From: a virus
Direction: 5' to 3' (one strand)
Length of the DNA: 64,000 nt
Virus record (IMG/VR): IMGVR_UViG_3300015372_000001
Coordinates: 1 to 64,000 of that record
The position numbers and the translations under genes were made by a program. Below are positions 9,475 through 19,230 of this stretch, one piece after another. Numbering within the stretch: position 1 is the stretch's first letter; every line of letters begins with the position of its first letter. The notes under the pieces were generated by a model. It saw only the letters and a list, made by a program, of their open reading frames with translations. It was not told the origin of the DNA and made no database searches.

Positions 9475-9716
9475 TCAGTGCGTTCGGCGTGGAGCACACC
9501 GTCTCCAAGGGGCTGTCCCGGAACCAGCTCAAGGGGCTGCTCGCGGTCAAGAACGCCCGTGGCACCGGACGTGAGCAGTACGCCGCAGCTCGGTACCAGG
9601 CGCACCGGATCGGACGGCAGAACGCACTCGGCTCGAAGACGGTCGGCGGGAACCTGAAGAAGATCGGCCGGATGACGATGGCCTCCGCCCAGGGTCGGGG
9701 CAGGAAGCTGCCATGA
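9471..9716 (+). CDS. small basic protein, N-terminal SAFGVEH tag
   Basis: ATGA coupling at both ends; MISAFGVEHTVSK. Confidence 0.7.
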   Translation: MISAFGVEHTVSKGLSRNQLKGLLAVKNARGTGREQYAAARYQAHRIGRQNALGSKTVGGNLKKIGRMTMASAQGRGRKLP

Positions 9717-10126
9717 CCAGCCCGATCACCGCCGAGGCCCGAGCCTTCGTCCGGAACCGGGCCACCGAGGTGATGGAGTACACCTGCCGGATCACCCGGC
9801 GCAGCCTGCCCGAGGGCTACGACGAGGACACCCTGGTCTACACCCCCGACGGCCTGGCCGAGGTGATCTACGAGGGCGTCTGCCGGCTCTGGGAGGTGTC
9901 CGGTGCGGCCACGGTCGTGGTCGGGGACACTGACATCTACCAGCAGACCACGCAGCTGTCCATCCCTTGGGACACCACTGCTCTCATCATGCGATACGAC
10001 GAGGTGGAGATCCTGACCGCGCCCACCGACTCCCAGGAGGTCGGCAAGCGATACGAGATCCAGACGGTGGCGAAGGCGGGTGAGCTGCGGGCCACTCGGC
10101 GCTTCGAGGTCACCGGGGTGATGTGA
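9713..10126 (+). CDS. head closure/stopper protein (DUF6093-like)
   Basis: TCRITR...YEGVCRL...LSIP...TRRF pattern. Confidence 0.7.
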   Translation: MTSPITAEARAFVRNRATEVMEYTCRITRRSLPEGYDEDTLVYTPDGLAEVIYEGVCRLWEVSGAATVVVGDTDIYQQTTQLSIPWDTTALIMRYDEVEILTAPTDSQEVGKRYEIQTVAKAGELRATRRFEVTGVM

Positions 10127-10821
10127 TGCTGTCCGCCTTCGGCGTAGACCACGGCGAGGTCTACAAGGGCTACCAGGACCAGCCCCGCGATGATCGTGGC
10201 CGGTGGGCGGCTGCGCACGCGCAGGGCCGTCGGGACGTGAAGCAGGAGGGGCTGCTCTCCGACGAGGACCTGGACCAGCAGTACGAGTCCTACCACGTCG
10301 ACTACAAGTCGCTGTGGCATCTGGCGGAGAAGAACCCCCAGCAGTTCCGCAAGCTGCGTCAGGAGCTGATGGAGGAGGCCCACTACTGGCACGGTCGCAA
10401 GGAGTTCGACCTGTCCGACGACATCCTGACCGCGGTCGAGACTGGCGACGAGATCCGGGCCAAGCAGAAGAAGGCCAAGCGGAAGCCCAGCACCAAGAAG
10501 CCAGTCGCCAAGGCCTTCGTGAAACTCCGTCCGAAGCTGGCCAGAGGGCTGGAGGACGAGGGCGTCAAGGCGCACCTGACCATGAACCAGAAGATGCGGC
10601 GGCATGCTGTTCAGGCTCGGATGGGTGCAGGCGGACAGGGACAGAGCGTGCTTCGCCGGATGCCTGCTGAGAGGCGCGAGGCGATGTTGAGTGGACCGCA
10701 CTCGACCAAGTACGGCAAGCCAGGTACCCGTCACGAGGTGCTGCGCCAGCAGAAGGTCGGTGCCCAGGGCATCTACGACACGCTGGGCCGCCAGGGCCGG
10801 GCGAAGAAGGTGCTGCCATGA
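10123..10821 (+). CDS. head-associated protein, N-terminal SAFGVDHG tag and PRDDRGRW motif
   Basis: MLSAFGVDHGEVYK; coupled to its neighbours. Confidence 0.7.
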   Translation: MMLSAFGVDHGEVYKGYQDQPRDDRGRWAAAHAQGRRDVKQEGLLSDEDLDQQYESYHVDYKSLWHLAEKNPQQFRKLRQELMEEAHYWHGRKEFDLSDDILTAVETGDEIRAKQKKAKRKPSTKKPVAKAFVKLRPKLARGLEDEGVKAHLTMNQKMRRHAVQARMGAGGQGQSVLRRMPAERREAMLSGPHSTKYGKPGTRHEVLRQQKVGAQGIYDTLGRQGRAKKVLP

Positions 10822-11273
10822 CCTCCGAGGCCTCCGCCGACATCAGCAAGCTGGCCGAGGCGCTGCGCCGGACCGCTGCCGAGTCTCACACCACCACCTT
10901 CGACGTGATGGTGCAGTCGGCCAACTTCATCCGGAACGAGATGCTGGCCCTGGTCCCGGTCAAGACCGGGGTGCTGCGGAACTCGATCCACATCCAGGTG
11001 GAGTCCGACCGGGTGATCATCGGGCCGAACATGAGCCAGGCTCCGTACGCCGGCTACGTCGAGTTCGGGACCAAGCCGCACGTCATCCGGGCGAGCAAGG
11101 CCAAGGCTCTCCGGTTCATGGTCGGGAGCACCGTGGTGTACGCCAAGAAGGTCAACCACCCCGGGACCAAGCCCCACCCCTACGTCGAGCCGGCCTTCCA
11201 GCACTGGGTGGACAGTCTCGGGACGATGGCAGCAGAAGCCAACGTGAGGACGTTCCGAGACAATGCCAGGTAG
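10818..11273 (+). CDS. HK97 gp10-like tail completion protein
   Basis: VPVKTGVLRNSI...YAGYVEFGT...HPGTKPHPY. Confidence 0.85.
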   Translation: MTSEASADISKLAEALRRTAAESHTTTFDVMVQSANFIRNEMLALVPVKTGVLRNSIHIQVESDRVIIGPNMSQAPYAGYVEFGTKPHVIRASKAKALRFMVGSTVVYAKKVNHPGTKPHPYVEPAFQHWVDSLGTMAAEANVRTFRDNAR

Positions 11274-11739
11274 CCCCAACACGATCTCCCGAGGACCGAT
11301 CACCAACCGGATCCTCGAGCAGCTCGCGACCGAGGGGTTCCCGGTCGGGGACAACTCGGCACCGACGGTGCCGTTCGGATGGCAGGGGGAGCCGAACCAG
11401 CCCGGGATGACGTTCACCCCGTGGTTGTCGCTGTCCCCGGCCGGGTCGATCCCGCAGAACCCGGCGGGGCCGCTGGCCAACACCTACGCGGACTGGAAGC
11501 TGTCCTACTCGGTCTTCTACGCCGGCCTGTCGAGGAAGCAGACCGAGGCGCTGGCGGACCGGATGCGGCACAACCTGACCTACATGGAGCGGGAGTCGAT
11601 CGAGACCAAGACCGGCAACTGGAAGGTCCAGAAGGTCGCGTGCGTCGCGATCGGCAACACTAACCGGATCAGTTCGGCCTATCCGGACTACTTCACACAG
11701 GCAGACTCGTTCGAGGTCTGGGTCAGCAAGGGGAGTTGA
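11263..11739 (+). CDS. tail terminator protein
   Basis: Between the gp10-like and major tail genes; expected size. Confidence 0.65.
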   Translation: MPGSPNTISRGPITNRILEQLATEGFPVGDNSAPTVPFGWQGEPNQPGMTFTPWLSLSPAGSIPQNPAGPLANTYADWKLSYSVFYAGLSRKQTEALADRMRHNLTYMERESIETKTGNWKVQKVACVAIGNTNRISSAYPDYFTQADSFEVWVSKGS

Positions 11740-11741
11740 AC

Positions 11742-11954
11742 ATGGCGTACGAGAAGAACATCACGATCAGCAAGGAAGGCCGGGAGGCCACGATCAAGGA
11801 CTCCTCCTGGAAGGTCTACGAGCGCAACGGCTGGACGCGCGCAGATGATGGAAGTAGCGAGGGCAGTACCGAACCAAGCTCTGCGCCGGCGGAGTCCGAG
11901 CCTGAGTCTGAAGCCCCGGCAAAGAAGACCACGACGAGGAAGAAGGCCGACTGA
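11742..11954 (+). CDS. small hypothetical protein
   Basis: GGGGAG SD; SWKVYERNGW plus a low-complexity tail. Confidence 0.6.
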   Translation: MAYEKNITISKEGREATIKDSSWKVYERNGWTRADDGSSEGSTEPSSAPAESEPESEAPAKKTTTRKKAD

Positions 11955-12448
11955 TGGCTCGCATCATCCCGAACGAAAACACCTGGATCGGGTTCACGCC
12001 TGCCTCCTTGACCGACATCTCCGCACCGACGGCAGCCCAGGTCGCGGACGCGATCGACCTGACCGGGTTCTGCATCAGCCTGAACGCCTCGGCGCGCGGG
12101 AACACGGTGCCCACCCCGTCCTTCGACTCGCTGTTCGAGACCAGCACGGCTGGCACCTCGGCGGCGACCTTCGACGCGGACTTCTACCGCGACGACGAGG
12201 ACGACACCGCCTGGGAGACCCTGACCCGGGGCACTCGCGGGTACTTCATCATCGCCCGGTTCGGCGGCACCGGAACCGCGAACCCCGGCGAGGAGAACCT
12301 GCCGGTGGCCGACGACGACGTGGAGGTCTGGCCGGTGATGATCACGTCGCGGACGATGGCGAACATGAGCTCGAACACGGTGCTCACGTTCACCGCCTCC
12401 TGCGCGGTCATGGAAGAGCCGGCGGAGAACGCGGTTGTCGCTGCCTAG
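11954..12448 (+). CDS. major tail protein
   Basis: DISAPTAA...DLT...GYFIIAR...DDVEVWPV actinophage tail-tube pattern. Confidence 0.85.
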   Translation: MARIIPNENTWIGFTPASLTDISAPTAAQVADAIDLTGFCISLNASARGNTVPTPSFDSLFETSTAGTSAATFDADFYRDDEDDTAWETLTRGTRGYFIIARFGGTGTANPGEENLPVADDDVEVWPVMITSRTMANMSSNTVLTFTASCAVMEEPAENAVVAA

Positions 12449-12480
12449 TCACGGGGACTCACAGCAGTAACATCTGGCCC

Positions 12481-12915
12481 ATGGCAAACACCACAGCGAA
12501 GACGGCCGAGGCCAGGCAGAAGCAGTCCCAGCAGGACAAGCGCGCCACCATCGACCAGCTGATCAACAAGCCGCGCTCGGTCACCGAGTTCTCGATCTAC
12601 CTCTCCGACGGCAACGGCGGGACCAACGAGGTGACCCTGAAGTACCAGGCGATCGGGATGCGGGAGTACGACCGGCTGGTCGGCAAGCACCCGCCCAAGC
12701 CCGACCAGCGGGCCGAGGGTGCCTCGTTCGACATCGACTCCTTCGCCCCGGCGCTGATCGCGGCCTGCTCGGTGGAGCCGGAGATCAGCCCGTCCGAGGC
12801 GAAGGCGATCTGGGACTCCGACGAGTGGTCGCGCGGGGACGTGATGGTGCTGTTCAGGCAGGCGGTGGAGCTCAACAACAGGGGGCTGGATGTCCCTTTC
12901 AACGGCAGAGACTGA
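12481..12915 (+). CDS. tail assembly chaperone (gpG)
   Basis: Follows the major tail gene; HPP..F..DSFAPALIAAC. Confidence 0.8.
   Translation: MANTTAKTAEARQKQSQQDKRATIDQLINKPRSVTEFSIYLSDGNGGTNEVTLKYQAIGMREYDRLVGKHPPKPDQRAEGASFDIDSFAPALIAACSVEPEISPSEAKAIWDSDEWSRGDVMVLFRQAVELNNRGLDVPFNGRD
12894..12900 (+). other. -1 programmed ribosomal frameshift site CCCTTTC
   Basis: XXXYYYZ heptamer at the 3' end of gpG; the -1 frame stays open to 13268. Confidence 0.8.
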
Positions 12916-13268
12916 GGGCAGACTCTGGCTTCTACATGGAGATGGGGTTCTGCAACGAGCATGGGATCCCGCACAGCGAGTTCCTGGAGTGGGACCCTGA
13001 GGACCGGGCCAAGGCACTGGCCTTCATCACCGAGCAGGCCATCCGGTGCCAGATGTGCGGGACGGCCCCCTGGGAGTGGGAGGAGAGCAAGTTCGCATTC
13101 ACCGCGGTCGAGGAGTTCTGTCAGGGCTGCTACCAGAAGCAGGTCTTCAGTGACCAACAGGGCTCGTCACTACCCGGGACCAATGTCAAACTGATCCCGA
13201 CTACACCGCAGCTGACAGCCCAGATGCGCATGAAGGCTCGGAAGCGCCGCGGGCTGAGCATGGACTAG
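12894..13268 (+). CDS. tail assembly chaperone gpGT, frameshifted portion
   Basis: -1 frame ORF, GIPHSEFL..W...DRAKALA..C..CG; directly before the tape measure gene. Confidence 0.75.
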   Translation, partial: PFQRQRLRADSGFYMEMGFCNEHGIPHSEFLEWDPEDRAKALAFITEQAIRCQMCGTAPWEWEESKFAFTAVEEFCQGCYQKQVFSDQQGSSLPGTNVKLIPTTPQLTAQMRMKARKRRGLSMD

Positions 13269-13275
13269 GGACGAG

Positions 13276-16200
13276 ATGAGCAGCCAGCCGGTTGAGGCCA
13301 ACGTCGTACTGACCGCTGACAACAGCGGCTACGACCAGGCGATGAACCAATCGGCTGGGTCGACCACGCAGCTCATGAACGCGGTCGACTCGCTGACCGC
13401 GAAGGTCTCGAAGATGACCAAGGTCGCGGGCAAGTCGCTGATCGGGATCACCGCCGCGGACACCGCCGTGATCGCCGGGGCCACCAAGGCCTGGAACGAC
13501 TACGAGAAGCAGATGGAGCGGCTCCGCTCCCAGTCGGCGGTCCTGGCCAGGACCAACGACCAGCAGAACAAGGTGATGAAGGACTACACCGCCTCGGTGA
13601 AGACCCTTCGCAACGAGTTCGGCACCACCACCTCCGAGGCCGCCAAGCTGGTGGAGACCCTGAGCAAGGTCACCACCCTGCGGCAGACCAGGGAGCTGCA
13701 GGACCTGTCCAAGGTCTTCGTGGAGATGTCGGCGGCCACCGGTGAGAGCTCGCAGGGGCTGGCCAGCTCGCTGACCAACCTGCAGAAGGTGATGGGCACC
13801 CCGATCAACGCCAAGACCACCCGGGAGTACGCGGACACCTTCACCTACCTGGCGGCCCAGACCAACACCACCGCCGGCGCGCTGATGGACTTCACCGCCC
13901 AGCTGGCCCCGGTGGCGAAGTCGCTGGGGATGAACACCCGGGACGTGGCCGGGTTCGCCACCGCCTTCACCCGAGCCGGGCAGGAAGGTGGGTCCGCTGC
14001 CCTGGCCTTCACCAAGGTTACCGGCGACATGCTGAAGTCGCTCCAGTCCGGATCACCGGAGATGGCGCACTACGCGAACATGGTGGACATGACTCGTGGC
14101 CAGTTCACGAAACTGGCCAAGGACGACTCCGCCGAAGCGGTGGTGCGGATCTTCGAGGCGCTCTCGCACCACAGCCGAGTGGCGACCACCGAGCTGAACC
14201 GGCTGGGTCTGGACGGGCCGCGCACGATCCGGTCGATCACCTCGATTGCGAGCGAGCCGGGCGGGATCCGGGCGGCCCTGGGACTGGCCGAGGACCCACG
14301 GGCCCGGGGAGCCACCTCCCGGGGCTACCAGGCCACCCTGGAGGGCCTGAGCGACGAGTTCGCCAAGATCCAGGAGAACCTCAAGCAGACCGCCGAGGCC
14401 TTCGCCACCTACCTCGGCCCGGCGATCGAGGTGTTCCTGCGCGGGATGGAGAAGGCCTCCGCGGCCGTCGAGAAGATCACCGAAGGGCCGATGGGCAAGT
14501 TCCTGCAGCTGGTCGCGGGGATGCTGGCTCCGCTGGCCGGCGGAGCCGGGCTGCTGCTGCTGTTCGCCGGGGCCCTGATCAAGGTGGCCAGCGCCTTCAC
14601 CCTGCTCCGGTCCTCGGCCGCCTACGGGGTCCGGGAGGGCTTCAAGGGTGGTGCCGCGCTGACCCGGACCGGGGTCGATGAGACCGGGCGGAGCATCTAC
14701 GGCCCGATGGGCGCGGGTGCCATGGGCAAGCGTGGCGCACAGCTGGCCGAGGAGGGCACCTGGGTCCAGCGCGGGCTGTACAACGTGGGTGCCTTCGCCG
14801 GGCAGGGATTGGGTGCGTTCCGCCGCGGCGGTGCGGTCCCGGAGAGCTGGTATCAGACCCGGGAGGCGCTGAGCCGGCACATCCCGTGGACCAGCCAGTA
14901 CGCCCGGCCGGAGGAACCCTCGTCGCTGAGCTCGCTGGTCTCGCGGGGTGCGGGCTACACGGTCCGGAACTTCCTGACACCGACCTTCGACCAGATGCGG
15001 TTCGCCGACCCGACCAAGCGAACCCAGTGGGCCGAGCGGGAGGCTCCCTGGATCCGGGGCGCGGACAAGCTCCGGCTGCTCAGCGGGCGCGAGGGCCTGG
15101 TCGCCCGGATGGGTCAGGTCGGGCTGGCCGAGACTCAGATGGTCGCTCAGCGTGCCGAGTACGCCAAGGCGCAGCAGGACCCGATGCTGTCCAACCAGGC
15201 GCGAGAGGCCCGGCTACAGGAGATCCGCGATCTGCATCGGGAGACCGTACAGCGCCGGAACGCTGCTGTGGCCCAGGAGACCGCGATCCGCAAGGAGATC
15301 GCCCAGCGCGGCGAGGCCTCCGCGGCCACCGCCGCCGCCTCCCGGGAGACCGTCACCTTCGGCAGGGCGCTACGAGGCCTGGGCGCGAACGTCGGCGGCG
15401 GGATCCTGGGTGCCGGCCGGGCCGGTGCGGGCGCGTTCATCCGGTCGCCGATGGCCGGACCGGTCGGCGCGATGGGCGCGATGGCCGGGATGAGCATGCT
15501 CGGGATCGACAACCCGATGCTGATGGGGGCCGCGACCGGCGCGATGGTCGGATCCATGATCCCAGGGATCGGCACCGTGGTCGGGGGCGGGATCGGGGCC
15601 GGGGTCGGCGCGATCACCGAGGCGATGCACGCCAACGACTCGGCGATGGAGTCGATCAAGAACCTGAACGCCGCTGCTACCGATGCCGCCCGGACCGGCT
15701 CCGGGCTCTCGGAGCTGAACCAGCTGCAGACCGAATCCACCCAGTCCCTGCAGGACTACACCAAGCAGATGGAGGATCCCGGGCTCGGCAAGAGCATCTC
15801 GGCCGTCCTGATGCCGGTGTTCAACGCCAAGACCATCTACGGCGGCGTGGCGAACACGGTCGAGGGGATCTTCGGCAAGTCCAACGTGGACGAGGCCGGC
15901 GACGCCTACGACACCGCCGCCGGCAAGGTCAAGAACCTGCAGGGCGCGATGGAGGACATGGCTCGGGCCGGCGGGACCAAGCTGACCGGGACCGACGAGA
16001 ACAAGCGCAAGCAGGTCGAAGCCTGGATGCAGAGCACCGGGATGGCTCAGCTCGGTGCTGCCGGGATCGACCTGGACCAGTTGGCAGCTGCTCGCGGGGC
16101 GGGCTCGGTCCAGTACGAGCAGATGCTGGCCAAAGCCACCACCCCGGGCAAGTCCAGTGGGATGTGGGACCGGGCTCGCACCACCGAGGCCGGCGAGGCG

Positions 16201-19200
16201 ATGCTGGACAGCCGGACCGCCCGGAGGTCGATCCGGCTGCAGGGCGACGTGGCGCTGTTCTACGACGCCACCAACGAAGTCTTCTCCAACATGCGCAAGC
16301 AGGGCATGTCCTACCTGGAGATCATCAAGTCCACCGAGAAGGCGCAGCAGCGGATCGGCGACGAGAACTCCCGCGAGTACGAGATCCAGATGGCGATGAG
16401 CCAGAAGGCTCAGTACGCGCTGCAGATGCAGGCTCCGCAGATCGGCCGGGCAGCCACCTTCACCCAGCAGCTCCAGCTCGGCGCGACGGTGATGGGGATC
16501 AAGCCGCGGACCCAGGAGCAGGCCCAGCAGATCGAGCAGCAGAAGCAGATGACGGTCCAGGCGGTCGCGGACAACGACGCCTACTTCCGGTCGCTGCTGC
16601 TGGCCCAGCAGGCCTACGAGCGGAGCCGGGCCCGCGCCCAGGAGGACTACAACCTGCAGCGTCAGTACCAGGAGTACGACTACAACCTGCAGCGGACCCG
16701 GGCCGAGGAGAACTTCAACCGGATGCGCGCCCGCGCGGTCGCCGACTACCACCGCAGCATGACCCGGGCCTGGGACGACTTCCACCTCCAGCGGAACCGC
16801 CAGGAGGAGGACTACCGGCACCAGATCGAGGTAACCGCCCAGCAGCAGGCCATCGGGATGAACCTCTACCAGCGGGTGGACACCCAGCGCACCTCGAGCG
16901 CGACCTGGCTGCTGAGCAACACCCAGGACATCTTGTCCCGGCTGCGCGAGCAGAAGCAGAACCTGAACAAGCTGCGCGAGCTGGGCTTCTCCGACGCAGT
17001 GATCCAGCAGCTGCAGCTGACCGACCCGTCCAACGCCCAGGAGCTGTCCCGGTTCGTCGCCGAGGTCGAGCGGGACCGCAGCATGGTGGGCAAGTTCAAC
17101 CGGACCGCCCGGCGGCTGCAGGGAGCCACCAAGGCGCTGGGCACCGATGAGTCCAACCTGGACTTCCAGGAGATGCAGCGCCAGTTCCGGCTGTCGCGCA
17201 CTCGTGGCCTGGCCGACATGAACCGGTCGATGGACCGGCAGCGCTCGGACTTCCGGCGTGGTCTTCACCAGCAGCGTGAGGACTTCAACATCATGATGGA
17301 CCAGCAGGCCGAGGACTACACCACCCAGATGAACCGGCAGGAGAAGCAGTACCGGACCACCATGCACCGGGCCGCGGTGGACATGTCTCACATGGCCGAC
17401 GAGATCACCGGGTCGATCGAGTCGGTGCTGGTCCGGGCGCACCGGAGGCTGACCGGCAGCGCCAAGGAGCAGGCCGGGATCGCGCTGCAGTCCTTCCGCG
17501 ACCTGAAGCGAGACTCCTCGGCCGAGGCGGTCGCGCTGATGACCGAGCTGGCCGACATCTTCGGGTTCAAGTACACCGCGCCGAAGGGCGCGAAGGACAC
17601 CGGCTCCTCCGGCTCCTCCGGACCTGCGCCGGGGAACGCCACCTCCGCAGACATGGGCTCTGCCGGGTACAGCGCGACTGCGGGGCAGACCTACTACGCC
17701 GGCGGCTACGGCGGGCCGAGCGGCGGGCTGCCGAACTCCGGGATGAACCAGGGCGGTGTGGTGCCCGGCTACACCCCGGACCGGGACACCCACACGATCG
17801 CGGTCGGCGGCGGCGAGGCGATCATGCGGCCGGAGTGGGTCCGGGCGATCGGCGGGGAGAAGGCGATCGCGGCGATGAACCACGCCGCCAAGTACGGCAA
17901 GGTGGTCGTCCAGGAGGGCTTCGCCGCCGGTGGGGTGGTCAACCCCGACCGCCGGGTCTACATGGACGGCGAGCCGCTGTCGAAGATCGCCGCCGCCCAG
18001 GTGCTGCTGGCCGAGAAGCTGTCCAAGCTGAACTTCTCGATCATGCAGGGCTCCTGGCAGCCCTACTCCAGCTACTCCGGCTCCTCCCACATGGGACCGG
18101 GTGTGTTGGACGCGGCACCTGGTGACTTCACCACCCAGTACTGGCTGCGCCGAGTCGGGTTCGCGGCCTGGGGCCGCAACTTCCCCGGTGCCGCCACCGC
18201 CGGCTCGGGCGCGCACGTCCACGCGGTCTCCCGGATCGATCCTGGTGCCTCCGGCCACGCCCAGCTGTCTTCCTTCGCCCGGGGCGAGGACGGCCTGGGC
18301 GGCCCGGACTACGGCCCGAACCCGCCGCTGGAGCCGGGGCTGATGCAGATGCTGGCCCAGTTCGGTGACCTGGCGCTCTCCACCGGCTCACCCAGCGGCG
18401 GAGCCGCGATGAAGCCGCGCGAGGTCCGGCGGATGGTGCAGCGGCAGGTGCTCAAGGACATGTACGCGCGCGCCGAGCGTTCGGCCGCGCACATGTCCGG
18501 GGTACACCCGCTGAAGCCGGGGATGATCTCGACCATCATCAACCGGTTCGCCAAGCACAAGATCCGGGAGATGGTGCACAAGTACGGGGGAGTCAGCGGA
18601 GCTCCTCCGGGTGCGGTCCTCGAGCCCACCGTGGCTGCGGCCCAGAAGTTCGCCCGGTCACACCTGGCTGACTACGGCTGGGGTGGCGGCCAGATGTCCC
18701 CGCTGGTGAACCTGTGGAACCGGGAGTCCGGCTGGCACTGGAACGCCGACAACCCGAACTCCTCGGCCTACGGCATCCCGCAGGCGCTGCCCGGCTCGAA
18801 GATGGCCAGCGCGGGCGCGGACTGGAAGACCAACGCAGCCACCCAGGTCAAGTGGGGTCTGGGCTACATCAAGGACCGGTACGGCTCGCCCGCGGCTGCC
18901 TGGGCGCACAGCAACGCCTACAACTGGTACGGCGACGGGGCGATGTTCGACCGGCCCAACGTGATCGGCGTGGGCGAGCGGGGACCGGAGGCGGTGATCC
19001 CGCTGAACGACGCTGGCGGGGAGTTCCTGGCCCGCTCGATCGGGCTGTCCACCCTGGCCGGGCACGGCGGGAGCATGAGCGTGCACAACTACCGGATCGA
19101 CCGGTCCACCAACTTCACCGGGCCGATCACGGTCCAGGCCAACGACCCGAACGAGCTGCTGGCCAAGCTGCAGGCGCGCCAGCGGGTTCGCGCGCTGTCT

Positions 19201-19230
19201 CGGCCCTCCCTGACAGGATCAGCGGCATGA
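13276..19230 (+). CDS. tape measure protein with C-terminal Zn-peptidase-like and lytic transglycosylase domains
   Basis: 1984 aa, helical; SSHMGPGVLD...HVH; RESGW..NP.SSAYGIPQ..GYIKDRYG. Confidence 0.93.
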   Translation: MSSQPVEANVVLTADNSGYDQAMNQSAGSTTQLMNAVDSLTAKVSKMTKVAGKSLIGITAADTAVIAGATKAWNDYEKQMERLRSQSAVLARTNDQQNKVMKDYTASVKTLRNEFGTTTSEAAKLVETLSKVTTLRQTRELQDLSKVFVEMSAATGESSQGLASSLTNLQKVMGTPINAKTTREYADTFTYLAAQTNTTAGALMDFTAQLAPVAKSLGMNTRDVAGFATAFTRAGQEGGSAALAFTKVTGDMLKSLQSGSPEMAHYANMVDMTRGQFTKLAKDDSAEAVVRIFEALSHHSRVATTELNRLGLDGPRTIRSITSIASEPGGIRAALGLAEDPRARGATSRGYQATLEGLSDEFAKIQENLKQTAEAFATYLGPAIEVFLRGMEKASAAVEKITEGPMGKFLQLVAGMLAPLAGGAGLLLLFAGALIKVASAFTLLRSSAAYGVREGFKGGAALTRTGVDETGRSIYGPMGAGAMGKRGAQLAEEGTWVQRGLYNVGAFAGQGLGAFRRGGAVPESWYQTREALSRHIPWTSQYARPEEPSSLSSLVSRGAGYTVRNFLTPTFDQMRFADPTKRTQWAEREAPWIRGADKLRLLSGREGLVARMGQVGLAETQMVAQRAEYAKAQQDPMLSNQAREARLQEIRDLHRETVQRRNAAVAQETAIRKEIAQRGEASAATAAASRETVTFGRALRGLGANVGGGILGAGRAGAGAFIRSPMAGPVGAMGAMAGMSMLGIDNPMLMGAATGAMVGSMIPGIGTVVGGGIGAGVGAITEAMHANDSAMESIKNLNAAATDAARTGSGLSELNQLQTESTQSLQDYTKQMEDPGLGKSISAVLMPVFNAKTIYGGVANTVEGIFGKSNVDEAGDAYDTAAGKVKNLQGAMEDMARAGGTKLTGTDENKRKQVEAWMQSTGMAQLGAAGIDLDQLAAARGAGSVQYEQMLAKATTPGKSSGMWDRARTTEAGEAMLDSRTARRSIRLQGDVALFYDATNEVFSNMRKQGMSYLEIIKSTEKAQQRIGDENSREYEIQMAMSQKAQYALQMQAPQIGRAATFTQQLQLGATVMGIKPRTQEQAQQIEQQKQMTVQAVADNDAYFRSLLLAQQAYERSRARAQEDYNLQRQYQEYDYNLQRTRAEENFNRMRARAVADYHRSMTRAWDDFHLQRNRQEEDYRHQIEVTAQQQAIGMNLYQRVDTQRTSSATWLLSNTQDILSRLREQKQNLNKLRELGFSDAVIQQLQLTDPSNAQELSRFVAEVERDRSMVGKFNRTARRLQGATKALGTDESNLDFQEMQRQFRLSRTRGLADMNRSMDRQRSDFRRGLHQQREDFNIMMDQQAEDYTTQMNRQEKQYRTTMHRAAVDMSHMADEITGSIESVLVRAHRRLTGSAKEQAGIALQSFRDLKRDSSAEAVALMTELADIFGFKYTAPKGAKDTGSSGSSGPAPGNATSADMGSAGYSATAGQTYYAGGYGGPSGGLPNSGMNQGGVVPGYTPDRDTHTIAVGGGEAIMRPEWVRAIGGEKAIAAMNHAAKYGKVVVQEGFAAGGVVNPDRRVYMDGEPLSKIAAAQVLLAEKLSKLNFSIMQGSWQPYSSYSGSSHMGPGVLDAAPGDFTTQYWLRRVGFAAWGRNFPGAATAGSGAHVHAVSRIDPGASGHAQLSSFARGEDGLGGPDYGPNPPLEPGLMQMLAQFGDLALSTGSPSGGAAMKPREVRRMVQRQVLKDMYARAERSAAHMSGVHPLKPGMISTIINRFAKHKIREMVHKYGGVSGAPPGAVLEPTVAAAQKFARSHLADYGWGGGQMSPLVNLWNRESGWHWNADNPNSSAYGIPQALPGSKMASAGADWKTNAATQVKWGLGYIKDRYGSPAAAWAHSNAYNWYGDGAMFDRPNVIGVGERGPEAVIPLNDAGGEFLARSIGLSTLAGHGGSMSVHNYRIDRSTNFTGPITVQANDPNELLAKLQARQRVRALSRPSLTGSAA

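Noticed and set aside
11845-12480. Upstream extension of the tail chaperone ORF to 11845
   Set aside because: Overlaps the major tail gene out of frame; ATG 12481 fits the gpG size and has its own -10-like element
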